NCBI GenBank assembly: GCA_963707505.1
Contig: CAVPQB010000003.1
Coordinates: forward strand, 512,001-576,000
From: an uncultured Gemmatimonadales bacterium
Lineage (GTDB): Bacteria > Gemmatimonadota > Gemmatimonadetes > Gemmatimonadales > Gemmatimonadaceae
DNA: 64,000 nt
Direction: 5' to 3'
Shown: one piece after another, positions 8,874-19,321 of the stretch
How the letters are laid out: every line of letters starts with the position of its first letter
How positions within the stretch are numbered: position 1 is the stretch's first letter
Notes under the pieces: generated by a model
Told to the model about the DNA's origin: nothing
What the model saw: only the letters and a program-made list of their open reading frames with translations
Databases searched by the model: none
Made by a program: the position numbers and the translations under genes

Positions 8874-11800
8874 TTAGCGGTTGAGGCTGATCGAGAATAC
8901 GAACGACCGCGTCTGCGGATTGCTGAAATAGTCGAGACCCTGCGTAAGGAATTCGGCGCCGCCGAGGTTTGCCTCGGGGTCGAAGCCCCTGTACTTGGTC
9001 CAGGTCTTCAAGTTTCTGCCGGCGAAGCGGATATCTGCGCTGCTGAAACCGCTCAGAGATCTCACCCAGCGCTGATCGAGCGTGTAGGAAATGCCGACCT
9101 CGCGCAGCTTCACAAAGCTTCCGTTCTCCATGAACTGGGATCCGACGGGACCGAAGCCGCCGCCATTACCCTGGAACCACTGTCTGCCAATCCTTCGGCG
9201 TCGCGAATGCGACTACACCAGCGCCCGGTCCGGCAACGACAGGGAATACGTCTGTCTGATAGTTCTTGCCGTACGTGCCCTGCTGATTGCGAATGTACGT
9301 GTCGACACCGGTACCGAAGTTGTCGAGGATGCCGCGTGTCCCGTCCCACACCTGGCCGCCCTTACGGACGTCGAGAAGTCCGGAAAGCGTGAACTTGTTC
9401 CAGAGGCGGAGACTGGTGTTGTACGACATGGTGTACTTCGGATTCGGGTCGCCGATCACGCGCTCCGTCGGATCGACGATTGGCCGACCGTTCGGTGCGA
9501 GAAACAGTGCGCCCTTTGGCGCCGATCCGCACAGCGCGTCGATATCCTGCGGCCCACCCGTGATTCCGGGAACCGTAAGGCTCAGGCCACGGCCGCAGCG
9601 AGCGAAATCGTCGCCACGGATTACGCCGGGAGCGTAGCCCAGCGTGGAGGATCCGATTGCGCCGGTGAATCCTTCATTGTTGTAGGAGATGAACTGAGCA
9701 CCGTTGAGGCTCGTGACATCGCCCTTGTTGCGTCCAAACATCACGCCCACATCCCACGTTGCGTCACGCGTTTGAATCGGATGCAGGTTGAGTGTGAGCT
9801 CGACACCCTGATTCTTGAGCGAAGCGCCGTTCAGCGTCTCGCTGGTCGCGCCGAACTGCGCAGCGTTGACCGGAGTTGCGAGAATGACGTCGCTCGAGCG
9901 CTTGTCATAGTATGTCGCGGTGAGATCGACCTTGGACTGGAAGAAGGCGAAGTCGCCACCGATCTCAGTCTCGCGATCGCGCTCCGGCCGGAGGGCAGGA
10001 TTGCCGATCGTCCCGCTGGTCGAGAGAGCACCCTGGCCGTTGATACCGGCCTTGAGGGCATCGCCGAATCCGCCGAGGCCAAAACCACCCGTCGACAGCG
10101 CCGTGACTGCGCCGTACACTGGCGGCTCCTTGCCGGTCTCGCCGTATGCAAAGTGGATCTTGCCGTAATTGAGCCAGCCGGCTGTTCTCCTCGGTGCCAA
10201 GCATCTTGGTGAATGTCCATGCGGCCGACGCCTTGGGGTAATTGGCGCGCCGGTTGGAGGCTCCGAACGTCGAGAAGCCATCATTACGGATTCCGACGTT
10301 GAGAACGAGCTGCTGGAACAGGTTGACCTCGGCCTGCGTGAAGTATCCCTGTCCGTGACGCAAGCTCTTCGTCTCATTTGCCGTCTGACTGATCGTGTTC
10401 TGCAACGCGAACGGCGACGGCGCGACGAGCTGCTCACCGTCAATGAACACCTGACGGGAGCGGATCGAGTTGAGGTTCTGCCCGACAGTCAAGGTTGCGT
10501 CGAGCTTCTCGCTAAAGGTGTGCTGAGCCGTGGCGATGAGATTGTTGTCAATCGTCAGATTGTTGATGTCGAGACGATTGACGGAGCCAAGCACATTGTT
10601 CGCAGACGTGAGCGGAAGGGATTCGAGGCGTGAATCGTTGTAGTAATCCGCGCCGAGCGTCTCCTTCACGGTCAGCCATCCGAGCGGTATCCAGTCACCG
10701 TTGACGTTACCGATCGAGCGACCGAGCTCACTCCGGTTGCCGTTGTTGTCCAACACGAAGAACGGGTTGTCATAATAGATCGCGCCCTGCAGTGCGGCGA
10801 CACTCGTCGGGTCCGGGAAGCGTGCAGGCTTCTGGAGGCCCGTTGCCGTGAACGCATCCTCGTTGTTGTACGTTGGCGGTGTGCGCAGCGCGCCGAGCAT
10901 GACGCCAGACACGTTGGACCCCTTCTGCACGTACTTTCCGCGGGTGTCGATGTAGCTGATGTTGCCGCCCACTGTGAGCTTGGAGCTCACTTCCTGCGTT
11001 CCCTTGAGGCGAACGGTTGCGCGATTGTACTTGTTGTTCGGTCCCTTGAAGTAGCCGTCCTGATTGGTCAGGCCGCCGGACGCGAAGAACGTGGTACGGT
11101 CGCTGCCGCCGGAGATCTGCAGGTTATTGTCGGCGGTGAGGCCGGTGTCGAACAACTCGTCCTGATGGTTGAAGATCGGAGTGCCGGCTGCGATCTGGGG
11201 ACCCCAGGAGTAGCGGTTGACCACGCAGTTGGGGCCACCGCACGTTGCGGCGGTCTGATTTATCCCCTGCCCGTACTGGGTCTGTACGAGTTGCGGAGTG
11301 TAAACGTGATCGAACGTTTCAGTGGACGTGAACGAGTAGCGAGTCGGACCAGAGTGACCGCGCTTGGTCGTGATCAGGATGACGCCATTGGATGCACGTG
11401 CACCATAGATCGCCGCCGCCGCACCGCCCTTCAGGATATCGATCGATTCGATGTCTGCCGGATTGATGTCGGATGCACGGTTGGTGGTCACCGTACTCGC
11501 GTCGCCACCGTTCGTCGACTCGGTCGAGTTATCGATCGGTTGGCCATCGACGACGAACAGAGGCTGGTTCGTGCCGGAGAGAGAGGACGCACCGCGGATC
11601 TTGATTGACGCGGAGGAACCGGGCTCGCCGGATTGTGTACGAACTTCCACGTTCGGCGCCTGGGCCGCGAGCGCCGACACGACGTTCTGCGGTTGAGCGA
11701 CACGATGCAGCGATGCGCTATCGACTGAATTGATCGTCGATGTGAGGCGCTCGCGCGTGGTGGATGTACCGGCACCGGTCACGACGACTTCGCCGAGTCT

Positions 11801-12127
11801 CAACGGATTCGATACAAGGGTGAAGTTCTCGGTGATGTTCTGACCATTGGTCAGAGTTACCTGGACCGACTTGGACGTGAAGCCAATTACGCGTGCGGTG
11901 AGCGTTACAGTCTGTCCAGCCGCGCGGGCTCCGGCGACGACAAAGGTGTAACGACCGGCATCATTCGTCTGCGATCCGAGGTTGAGAGAAGGGATGAACA
12001 CACTTGCGCCCGCTAACGGGGCACCGGCTTCGTTGGTCACACGTCCGGAGATGTTAGTCCCCTGTGCCAACGCAACCGAGGCAACCATCGCGCTTGCGCC
12101 GATGACTGACAGGATACGTTTGAACAT
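8874..12127 (-). CDS. SusC/RagA-family TonB-dependent receptor #2 (frameshifts at ~10180 and ~9180)
   Basis: Three ORF pieces (9965-12277, 9166-10443, 8874-9131) join into one SusC: MFKRILSV start with GGAGG, plug motif DINPADIESIDILKG...GVILITTK, GNPALRPE, ENGSFVKLREV, GRNLKTWTKYRGFDPE. Confidence 0.92.
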
Positions 12128-12353
12128 TGTAATGAGTCTCCTCCATGATGCGCCGCCGTGCGGCGCGATTGGTACGTACGCGAAGTACCACCTGATCGAA
12201 TGCGAAAGGTCGCCCTCTCTGCTCACAACCTCCTTCGCAGCCGTGGGACGGCAATGCGATTTGAAATGAGCACGCAACGCGCGTCGCTGGAGAACGACGG
12301 CGTATCAAGAACAATCTGGCTAATCACGCGACAGAGGGTTTGTAGCGCTAGAC

Positions 12354-12371
12354 CATTAAGATTTCTTAATG
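12354..12371. promoter_or_regulatory. Palindromic operator-like site CATTAAGA-N2-TCTTAATG upstream of susC #2
   Basis: Perfect 8-bp arms in an AT-rich intergenic region; a related site lies at 2101-2118. Confidence 0.5.
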
Positions 12372-12674
12372 CGGTTACACAAGGATTCCTTAATCCACTC
12401 GCGATTATTCGTGCAGCGGTGATGCATGATCATGCATGATTATGCAATCTCGCAACGCCCGGATACACGCACCTGCATCGGTGAAAATGTTGCACACTTC
12501 GTGCACGATGCGCCGTACGCGACGGGTTCACGTGTAAAATTGCGGGGCTGGTTGCAACGGTTTGGTATTGTTGCAGAGCATGGGTCATGTGCACGACGCC
12601 ATAAGCCGCTAACAATGTTCGGCTTTCACAGTTCGCCATTATTCGGGCGCGGCTCGCCGACCCGACAGGAATGG

Positions 12675-12701
12675 AAAAGCCCCCGGTTTCGGCCGGGGGC
12701 T
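12675..12701 (-). terminator. Rho-independent terminator of susCD #3
   Basis: Minus strand reads AGCCCCCGGC-CGAA-ACCGGGGGCT-TTT, 30 bp after the susD stop. Confidence 0.8.
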
Positions 12702-12730
12702 CCCATCACTGTCGAACTACAGCTGCATGA

Positions 12731-14284
12731 TCACGAGCACGTTGGGGCCGCGCTCGGCTTGCTGTCCCAGTACACACGGGTCAGGAAGTTGTCCGGGCCC
12801 TGACGCGTAATTGCCGCCTGCAGGTTTGCCCCATTCACCGACACTTCAGTCGGCGAGTAGAAGAAGCGGCGTGGGATTTCGGTCACGATTGCGCCTGGGC
12901 CAGGCTTCAACCCAGCCGGGATACAGGTACGTCGCCACTCCGCCCAAGCCTGACCGCCATCCGTGTACAAGGCTATGTATTTCTGGAGCGCGATCTGCTT
13001 TTGCCCGGCGACGCCACCCTGATATGCGACGGACGGCTGTGCCAGGTAATTCGCGATCGCCGTGGGGTCGGTAATTCCCCACTGATTCAACGACGCAGTG
13101 ACGCCGGCGTTGTAGAAGCCAGCAGCCTGGCCAGGCGTCAGGCCCCCCAAGCCACGCTCAGCCGCCTCGGCTTGGATCAACGCAACTTCCGCGTACGTCA
13201 TGATGTACGACGGGAGCTTCGCCCCATTGCCACCGAACGTGCCATATGCAGTCACGCCCGGGTAGAAGATAGCACCGGCGCGTGAAGCGGTATTACCGTA
13301 TGCACCGGCCTTGACGGTCAACAGCCCGTTTGGCATTCCGCCGTAACCATTCGGATACAATGAAGAATCCTGTACCGGTTGGGCGTACACCTTGATGCGC
13401 GGATCGTTGTTCGCGATCAGAATGTTCATCAACGTCTGTGACATCCTGTTGTCGTCACGTCCCTTGTAGAAGTCTGACCACGGGTTGTTGGTCGTACCGT
13501 CACCCGGCCATGGCATCAGCGCCATGTCGGAGTTGGACGTGAACACGCCGCCGGGCGCACTGAATGCAGCTTTCAGCTCAGCGCTAGCCGTGGTAGGATC
13601 GACGTTCACCAATCGCAACGCATAACGCGCATGCAGCGAGTTGGCGAACTTCTGCCACGAAGCAACATCGCCGTTGTAAATCGGATCGGCACTTCCAAGA
13701 CCCGGGTCGCTGGCAGGATCGGTCGCAAGATCAGCGGAGACCTTGGTCAGCGTCTTGAAAAATCCCGCGTAGATGTCCTTCTGCGCGTCGTACTTCGGGA
13801 GCAATGCTCCACCGGTGGAATCACCACTCAGTGCATCACTATATGGCACATCGCCAAATGAATCAGTGAGATAACTGAAGGTCCAGGTCTCCATCGTGAG
13901 CGCCGGCCCGTAGACGGCCGGCTGCTGGTTCGCTATACCCTTTGCCGCAACTTTTTTCAGGTCTTCGAGTTCCGCAGAGTACGGAGTATCGAAGAACCCG
14001 CGCGTGTCGGCCGACTGCAGGCGCTGATACCTGTCCTCGTCCGAGTACTGTGTCTCCGCCTGATGCTGGATGATCAGCGAAGCTCCGCGCATGTCGTAGC
14101 CAGCGCCGAGGAAGCGCGCCGTGGTCGTGTTCACAGCATTCGTGAACAACGCTCCAGCCGGCGCATTGGTCGGATTGTTAGGGTTCTGGTTGAGGCTTGT
14201 GAGCTTGTCATTGTTGCATGCAGCTAGGCCGGCAGCGATCGCAAGACCGACGGCAACCGTAGCTAGTGATTTATTGGTCGTCAT
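12731..14284 (-). CDS. SusD/RagB-family lipoprotein #3
   Basis: Start MTTNKSLATV...LAAC (lipobox), LTDSFGDVPYSDAL, PKYDAQKDIY, WQKFANSL, QKYIALY, AWAEWRRT. Confidence 0.93.
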   Translation of the reverse strand: MTTNKSLATVAVGLAIAAGLAACNNDKLTSLNQNPNNPTNAPAGALFTNAVNTTTARFLGAGYDMRGASLIIQHQAETQYSDEDRYQRLQSADTRGFFDTPYSAELEDLKKVAAKGIANQQPAVYGPALTMETWTFSYLTDSFGDVPYSDALSGDSTGGALLPKYDAQKDIYAGFFKTLTKVSADLATDPASDPGLGSADPIYNGDVASWQKFANSLHARYALRLVNVDPTTASAELKAAFSAPGGVFTSNSDMALMPWPGDGTTNNPWSDFYKGRDDNRMSQTLMNILIANNDPRIKVYAQPVQDSSLYPNGYGGMPNGLLTVKAGAYGNTASRAGAIFYPGVTAYGTFGGNGAKLPSYIMTYAEVALIQAEAAERGLGGLTPGQAAGFYNAGVTASLNQWGITDPTAIANYLAQPSVAYQGGVAGQKQIALQKYIALYTDGGQAWAEWRRTCIPAGLKPGPGAIVTEIPRRFFYSPTEVSVNGANLQAAITRQGPDNFLTRVYWDSKPSAAPTCS

Positions 14285-14300
14285 GGTTGTCTCTCGTCGG

Positions 14301-17300
14301 TTACGGCGTGATGCGCAAGTTGAGACCGAGGCTCTTCGTATTGGGAAGCTCCCCGAACTCCATACCCTGGAAGTTGCCAGTGTTATACGTGAACTCCGGG
14401 TCGATATTGGGCACCTTGGTATGCATCCACAGGTTGCGCCCAACGAACGACACGTTCACAGCACTTGCATGCATCCGTGCGGCCATTGTAGCGGGAAGGT
14501 CGAGCCCGACACGCAACTCACGCAGTTTGATGTAACTGTCATCATAGATGAATGGCTCATGCAGCTGGAACAGGGACTGATAATACTGTTCGGCTGTGAC
14601 AGTATCCGTGTTCACCTTGCCAGTCTTCTGGTCGATACCCTTGACTACAAGGCCGGGTTTATCCCAATCGACCTGACGACCGTTCATGGTTTCCTTCAGC
14701 ACACCTGAGTACTGACCGAACATGTTGGTGATGCTGAAGATGTTTCCACCCTTGTGTATGTCGAGCAGCACGCTTGCGGAGAGGCGCTTGAACCGGAACT
14801 CGTTGCTCCACCCGGCGACGTACTTGGGCTCGATGGTGCCCAACACACGTAGCGCGCCCTGCTGTGGAAGACCGCCATTCAATAACAGGTTTCCAGAGCT
14901 GTCACGCTTGAATGGGAAGCCGTAGAGCGCTCCGTAAGCGTACCCAACACGAGCCTCGGTATTTGCCGACCACTGGCGGCCGAGCACCTGCGTCTGCAGA
15001 CCGGGATACAATGAAACGACCTTGCTCCGGTTCTGCGAGTAATTGAGCGTCGTATTCCAGGTAAAATCACCACTCGCCGTCTTGATCGGAGTGATGGTCA
15101 GAAGCGCCTCGAAGCCCTTGTTCTGGATCTTACCCGCGTTGACAGACGTGGTATTGAATCCAGAGGCTGGCGAGACGGAGAGCTGGATGATCTGATTCGT
15201 GGTCGCCTTGTCGTAGTACGTCATGTCAAGGCTCGCACGATCGCCAAAGAACCCTAGCTCCATGCCGACTTCACCCGATTTCGTTATCTCTGGCTTCAGC
15301 GTCGAGTTGGCGATATTGTCGCTCAGCGAGAACTGCGGAAGCGAGCCGAATTTGGTCGTCTGTCCGTTGTACGTCGTCAGCAGCTGGTACGGATCAGCGT
15401 CCGATCCTACCTCAGCAACCGATCCACGCAGCTTGGCGTAGGAAAGGAAGCGCGACTGAAGTGCTGGAATGGCGTTGGTCAGCACGAACGACGTGTTGAT
15501 CGACGGATAGAAGTACGAATTGTTGCCCTTGGGAAGAGTCGAGGACCAGTCGTTGCGCCCCGTTACCTCCACCGTCCACCATTGATCCCATGTGAAGGAG
15601 CCGGACCCGTAACCGCTGTTCACCTGCTTGCGGTCATCGTATTGCGTATTGACCGGTGTAATGGCCGCATTCGAGATGTTGTATGTCCCGGGGACCGCAA
15701 GGCCATTAGTAGAGGTGCGCGCATTGTGTGTCGTGATGTAGCGCTTATTTGCACCCAGGGTCCCGTTGAGCTGCAGCCGCGACCCAACTTGCTTGTTGGC
15801 GGTGAACAGCAGCTCGGTGTTGTTCTCGTTGGTGCGGTAATTGTACAGTTGGAGAGCGCCGAAATACGACTGATCTCCGAAGTTCAGATTCCCCTGCGCA
15901 AAATCCTGCTGGGTGTTGAATCGGGCGATGTTGGATCCCGAACGGAACTGCGCATTCAACCAATCAGCGACCTTGTAATTAGCCGACACACTGCCTATCA
16001 CGTGATCGCGGTCGTCCTGCTCGGGGTTCGCAGACTGGATCCAGTACGGATTGTTGTGGAAATTGGAGTTCCAGTTATAGAGCGACCCGTTCGCATTGTA
16101 GAACTGGTTCTTCAGCTCCGGCAGGTTCACCTGACGACCAAACCAGACGAACTGCTCGAGAATGCCGGTGTTGTAACCAACCCCGGGACGGTTACGCGCC
16201 GCATCGCTCGTGTATTGCACGATGGCCGACGTGCTGAGACGATCACTCACGGCCAGCGTGCCATTGAGCGACCCCGTAAACTTCTGCATCGTATTTTCGG
16301 GGATGATCCCGGCAACGTTCTGCATGCCGACAGAAAGCCGACCCGTCGCCTTGTCCGTGCCGCCGCTGAACGCGATGTTGTTGTCGAGTGTGTGCCCTGT
16401 GTTGAAGAAGGAGTACACATTGTCGGGATGAGCAATGAACGGAGTCGGTATCCGGTTTCCCTGAGCATCTACCGGGCTGTCGAACTGGGGAATCAGTTGT
16501 CCATTGAGGCGTGGACCATAGCTCTGATCATTTCCATCCTGGACACCGCCGCCCTGCCCGTCCTTGTACGCGAACTGACCGCCGGCGCCCTGCCCATAGG
16601 AGTTCTGGTAGGTCGGTAGTACCGAGGGTGTGTCCCACGTATAGCTGGACGTGAACTCGGTGCTGATCTTGCCGTTCGACGCCTCGCCATGCTTCGTGGT
16701 AATCACTATCACACCGTTGGACGCGCGCGAACCGTAGAGTGCGGCGGCGTTCGGACCTTTCAAGACGGTGAGCGTGGCGATGTCGTCGGGATTGATGTCG
16801 CTGATCGCACTGCCGAAGTCGCGACCACCACCACTCAGACCGCCACCGCCCGGGCTTGCCTGCAACGGGTTGTCGTTGGTTACAGGAACGCCATCCACGA
16901 TGAAGAGCGGCTCGTTGTTACCCTTGATCGAGTTGGAGCCGCGGATCACGATGTGCGTCGTTCCGCCCTGGGTGCCGCCGGAGGTGATGTTCACACCGGA
17001 GACCTTTCCCTGAAGCTGATTGAGAACGTTCGGATCGTGAGTCGTATTTAGATCGGTGCTGCTGAGTTGCTGCTGGGCAGTGCCCAGCTGACTCTTTTCC
17101 TTCGCGATTCCGAGTGCCGTGACCACGACGCCCGTAAGCGTGTTGGCGTTCTGGGTTAGTGTGAAGTCCTGCGCGATAGACGCATTCGCTGAGAGCGTGA
17201 TCGTAACGCTCTTGGGTGCATAGCCGACGCGCCGCGCAGTGAGAGTTGCCGTCTGCCCTGTGAGACGAGCTGCGGACACCGTGATCGTGTACGCCCCGCG

Positions 17301-17480
17301 ATCGTTGGTGTAGGCGCCAAGGCCCAAGCTGGCTATGGACACGCTGGCCGACGCGAGCGGGGTGCCCGCTTCCGTTAGCACACGTCCCGATATGGTGCCG
17401 CTTTGCTGCGCCGCCGCTACGGAGGCAACCGTTGCCAACGCAGCGATGACTGAACTGATACGCTTCAACAACCTAAGCAT
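14301..17480 (-). CDS. SusC/RagA-family TonB-dependent receptor #3 (intact, 1059 aa)
   Basis: Signal peptide, plug motif DINPDDIATLTVLKGPNAAALYGSRASNGVIVITTK, RNDWSSTLP, LKPE, SYIKLREL, GRNLW. Confidence 0.96.
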   Translation of the reverse strand: MLRLLKRISSVIAALATVASVAAAQQSGTISGRVLTEAGTPLASASVSIASLGLGAYTNDRGAYTITVSAARLTGQTATLTARRVGYAPKSVTITLSANASIAQDFTLTQNANTLTGVVVTALGIAKEKSQLGTAQQQLSSTDLNTTHDPNVLNQLQGKVSGVNITSGGTQGGTTHIVIRGSNSIKGNNEPLFIVDGVPVTNDNPLQASPGGGGLSGGGRDFGSAISDINPDDIATLTVLKGPNAAALYGSRASNGVIVITTKHGEASNGKISTEFTSSYTWDTPSVLPTYQNSYGQGAGGQFAYKDGQGGGVQDGNDQSYGPRLNGQLIPQFDSPVDAQGNRIPTPFIAHPDNVYSFFNTGHTLDNNIAFSGGTDKATGRLSVGMQNVAGIIPENTMQKFTGSLNGTLAVSDRLSTSAIVQYTSDAARNRPGVGYNTGILEQFVWFGRQVNLPELKNQFYNANGSLYNWNSNFHNNPYWIQSANPEQDDRDHVIGSVSANYKVADWLNAQFRSGSNIARFNTQQDFAQGNLNFGDQSYFGALQLYNYRTNENNTELLFTANKQVGSRLQLNGTLGANKRYITTHNARTSTNGLAVPGTYNISNAAITPVNTQYDDRKQVNSGYGSGSFTWDQWWTVEVTGRNDWSSTLPKGNNSYFYPSINTSFVLTNAIPALQSRFLSYAKLRGSVAEVGSDADPYQLLTTYNGQTTKFGSLPQFSLSDNIANSTLKPEITKSGEVGMELGFFGDRASLDMTYYDKATTNQIIQLSVSPASGFNTTSVNAGKIQNKGFEALLTITPIKTASGDFTWNTTLNYSQNRSKVVSLYPGLQTQVLGRQWSANTEARVGYAYGALYGFPFKRDSSGNLLLNGGLPQQGALRVLGTIEPKYVAGWSNEFRFKRLSASVLLDIHKGGNIFSITNMFGQYSGVLKETMNGRQVDWDKPGLVVKGIDQKTGKVNTDTVTAEQYYQSLFQLHEPFIYDDSYIKLRELRVGLDLPATMAARMHASAVNVSFVGRNLWMHTKVPNIDPEFTYNTGNFQGMEFGELPNTKSLGLNLRITP

Positions 17481-17875
17481 GGTTCCTCCAGGGTTGCCCC
17501 TGATGGGTGTGACATGACCACACGGACGAATTACGACTTTGGGAACTGGACATTCCCCGACTCACTCCTATTAATGGATTGGTAAAAAATGCGGCCGGAC
17601 GGACTCGCTTTCTATGTATGGAAAGTGTCTGGCCGCAAATCGTTGGGACAAAGGGTACGACCATATGTCTTTTGTGTCAATGAAAGCCGCGAGTGTGCGG
17701 GACGTATGCTCGCCGTAAACTCTCTGCAAGGGTCGCGAGCGCGAGAGTAAACACCGCGCCGACACGGTACGCTGCCGAACCAACGCGACGGAGATCCAGT
17801 CGCATGCGCGTTAAGGCTGCCTAAAAATGGAATTGAAAACTTATAAAGAAATGCGGAATAACCACGCATTACGTC

Positions 17876-18003
17876 GTCGTGTCCGCACCAGCGGGAACCC
17901 ATCCGTTGCCGATCAGTTTAGTGCTGCCGACGCACTCGGAGATCGATAACGGAGATCGATAACGGAGATCGATAACATGGATTCCCGCTTTCGCGGGAAT
18001 GAC
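17876..18003. repeat. REP/dRS3-like palindromic element copy 1, with degenerate left arm and internal 13-bp tandem repeat x3
   Basis: Right arm ATGGATTCCCGCTTTCGCGGGAATGAC (17977-18003); left arm 17876-17902 matches its reverse complement at 20/27; CGGAGATCGATAA x3 at 17937-17975. Confidence 0.8.
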
Positions 18004-18011
18004 GAGAGAAG

Positions 18012-18575
18012 CTAGAACTTCACCGTCGGTGTGGTTTCGCTTCCGGGTGCGGCTTCGTAGTACGTCCGCGCCTTGGCACCAGTCACCTTTGCGGTGATGG
18101 CCTGCGGGAAGGTTCTGATGTACGTGTTGTACGCCTGCACCGCGCTGTTGTAATCTCCGCGCGCAACTGCCACGCGGTTCTCCGTTCCGGTCAGCTCATC
18201 CTGCAGCGCGAGAAAGTTCTCGTTGCTCTTGAGCTGCGGATAGTTCTCAGCGATCGCCAGGAGCCGTCCAATCGCCCCCGTCGCCGCCTGGTCGGCCGCG
18301 GCCATCTGGGCGGGATCTCCGGTCTTCACTGCGCCCGCAAGCTGCGCCCGCGCATTGGCGATGCTGATGTAAACGGTGTCTTCCTGCTTGGTCACACCCT
18401 TCACTGTATTCACCAGATTCGGAATGAGGTCCGCACGACGCTGTAGCTGAACCTGGATCTGCTGCTTGGCCGACTGAGCCTGCTCGTCAAGGCTCTGGAT
18501 CTTGTTATAGCCACAACCGGTCAGCAGGAGGGCGGCCGGTAGCATCCATGCGAGAAATCTGCGCTGCCTGATCAT
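18012..18575 (-). CDS. lemA: LemA family protein
   Basis: GCGYN, QLQRRADLIPNLV, ENYPQLK, LQDELTGTENRVAVAR, YN..V..YN...FP. Confidence 0.95.
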   Translation of the reverse strand: MIRQRRFLAWMLPAALLLTGCGYNKIQSLDEQAQSAKQQIQVQLQRRADLIPNLVNTVKGVTKQEDTVYISIANARAQLAGAVKTGDPAQMAAADQAATGAIGRLLAIAENYPQLKSNENFLALQDELTGTENRVAVARGDYNSAVQAYNTYIRTFPQAITAKVTGAKARTYYEAAPGSETTPTVKF

Positions 18576-18586
18576 CGGTAGTCCTC

Positions 18587-19306
18587 TCAAGGTCTCGTGT
18601 TCGGAAGGGCGGACACGTACGTCGTCACCGCTTCCATTGCTGTTAAATATGCGCCGAGCACCACCTGCGCGCGCTCCTTGGGAATGGCCTTCGAATCACG
18701 AATCTGCTGTGCGACGGCCTCGAACGGCGTTGCCTCGATCCCGGTCAGCGCTGCGACCTCACGGGCGATCTCGCCGTATCCGTGGGGCGGCGTGCGGCCG
18801 GCGAGCCGGAGAATTCCGCGGAAGACAACCATGAGCGTGCTGAGACTCGCGGTCATGAGCTTTATCTGCTCGCCCGAATCGTTACCGGCGAGCAGCACCG
18901 CGCCCCGCAGTCTGAGCAGCACTCCCATCGCCTCGCGCTCCAACTGCAGGCGCAGGTCGTCGTGCGCGACGGAAATCCCCTCGAACGGCGGGTCGCCATA
19001 CAGGACCTTGTTGCGCTCCAGGATGTCTGCGTACTCCATCGCGAATACGTCGCTGGAGGCACGCCACTCCCGCTCGGTGAAGGTCATCGGCGGATGATTC
19101 CCGGCCTCGCGCCAGGCCCGCGTCACGGCGGAGAGCTCGCGCAGCCGGCCGAGCGGTACTTCATCGACGATAATCAGCACGTTGAAGTCAGAGCGCTTCG
19201 CAACGTGCTCCGCGCCGCCAGCCGCGGCGGATCCGTAGAGGACTACCGAGCGCAGCGAAGTGCCATAAGCAGCGCGGAGTTGGGTTACCAGCTCATCAAG
19301 TGTCAT
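18587..19306 (-). CDS. Nucleotidyltransferase-like (Pol beta superfamily) domain protein
   Basis: SVVLYGSAA...SDFNVLII motif, VLYGDPPF, helical C-terminal half. Confidence 0.75.
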   Translation of the reverse strand: MTLDELVTQLRAAYGTSLRSVVLYGSAAAGGAEHVAKRSDFNVLIIVDEVPLGRLRELSAVTRAWREAGNHPPMTFTEREWRASSDVFAMEYADILERNKVLYGDPPFEGISVAHDDLRLQLEREAMGVLLRLRGAVLLAGNDSGEQIKLMTASLSTLMVVFRGILRLAGRTPPHGYGEIAREVAALTGIEATPFEAVAQQIRDSKAIPKERAQVVLGAYLTAMEAVTTYVSALPNTRP

Positions 19307-19321
19307 CGTGATCTCCAGGGT

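Noticed and set aside
12489..12576. GTTGCA repeats as LytTR binding sites
   Set aside because: The motif is short and the spacing irregular (19 bp and more), so it is indistinguishable from chance.
17937..17975. Short repeats (also 4218, 20845, 56661) as a CRISPR array
   Set aside because: Units are 11-13 bp, directly adjacent, with no spacers and no cas genes.
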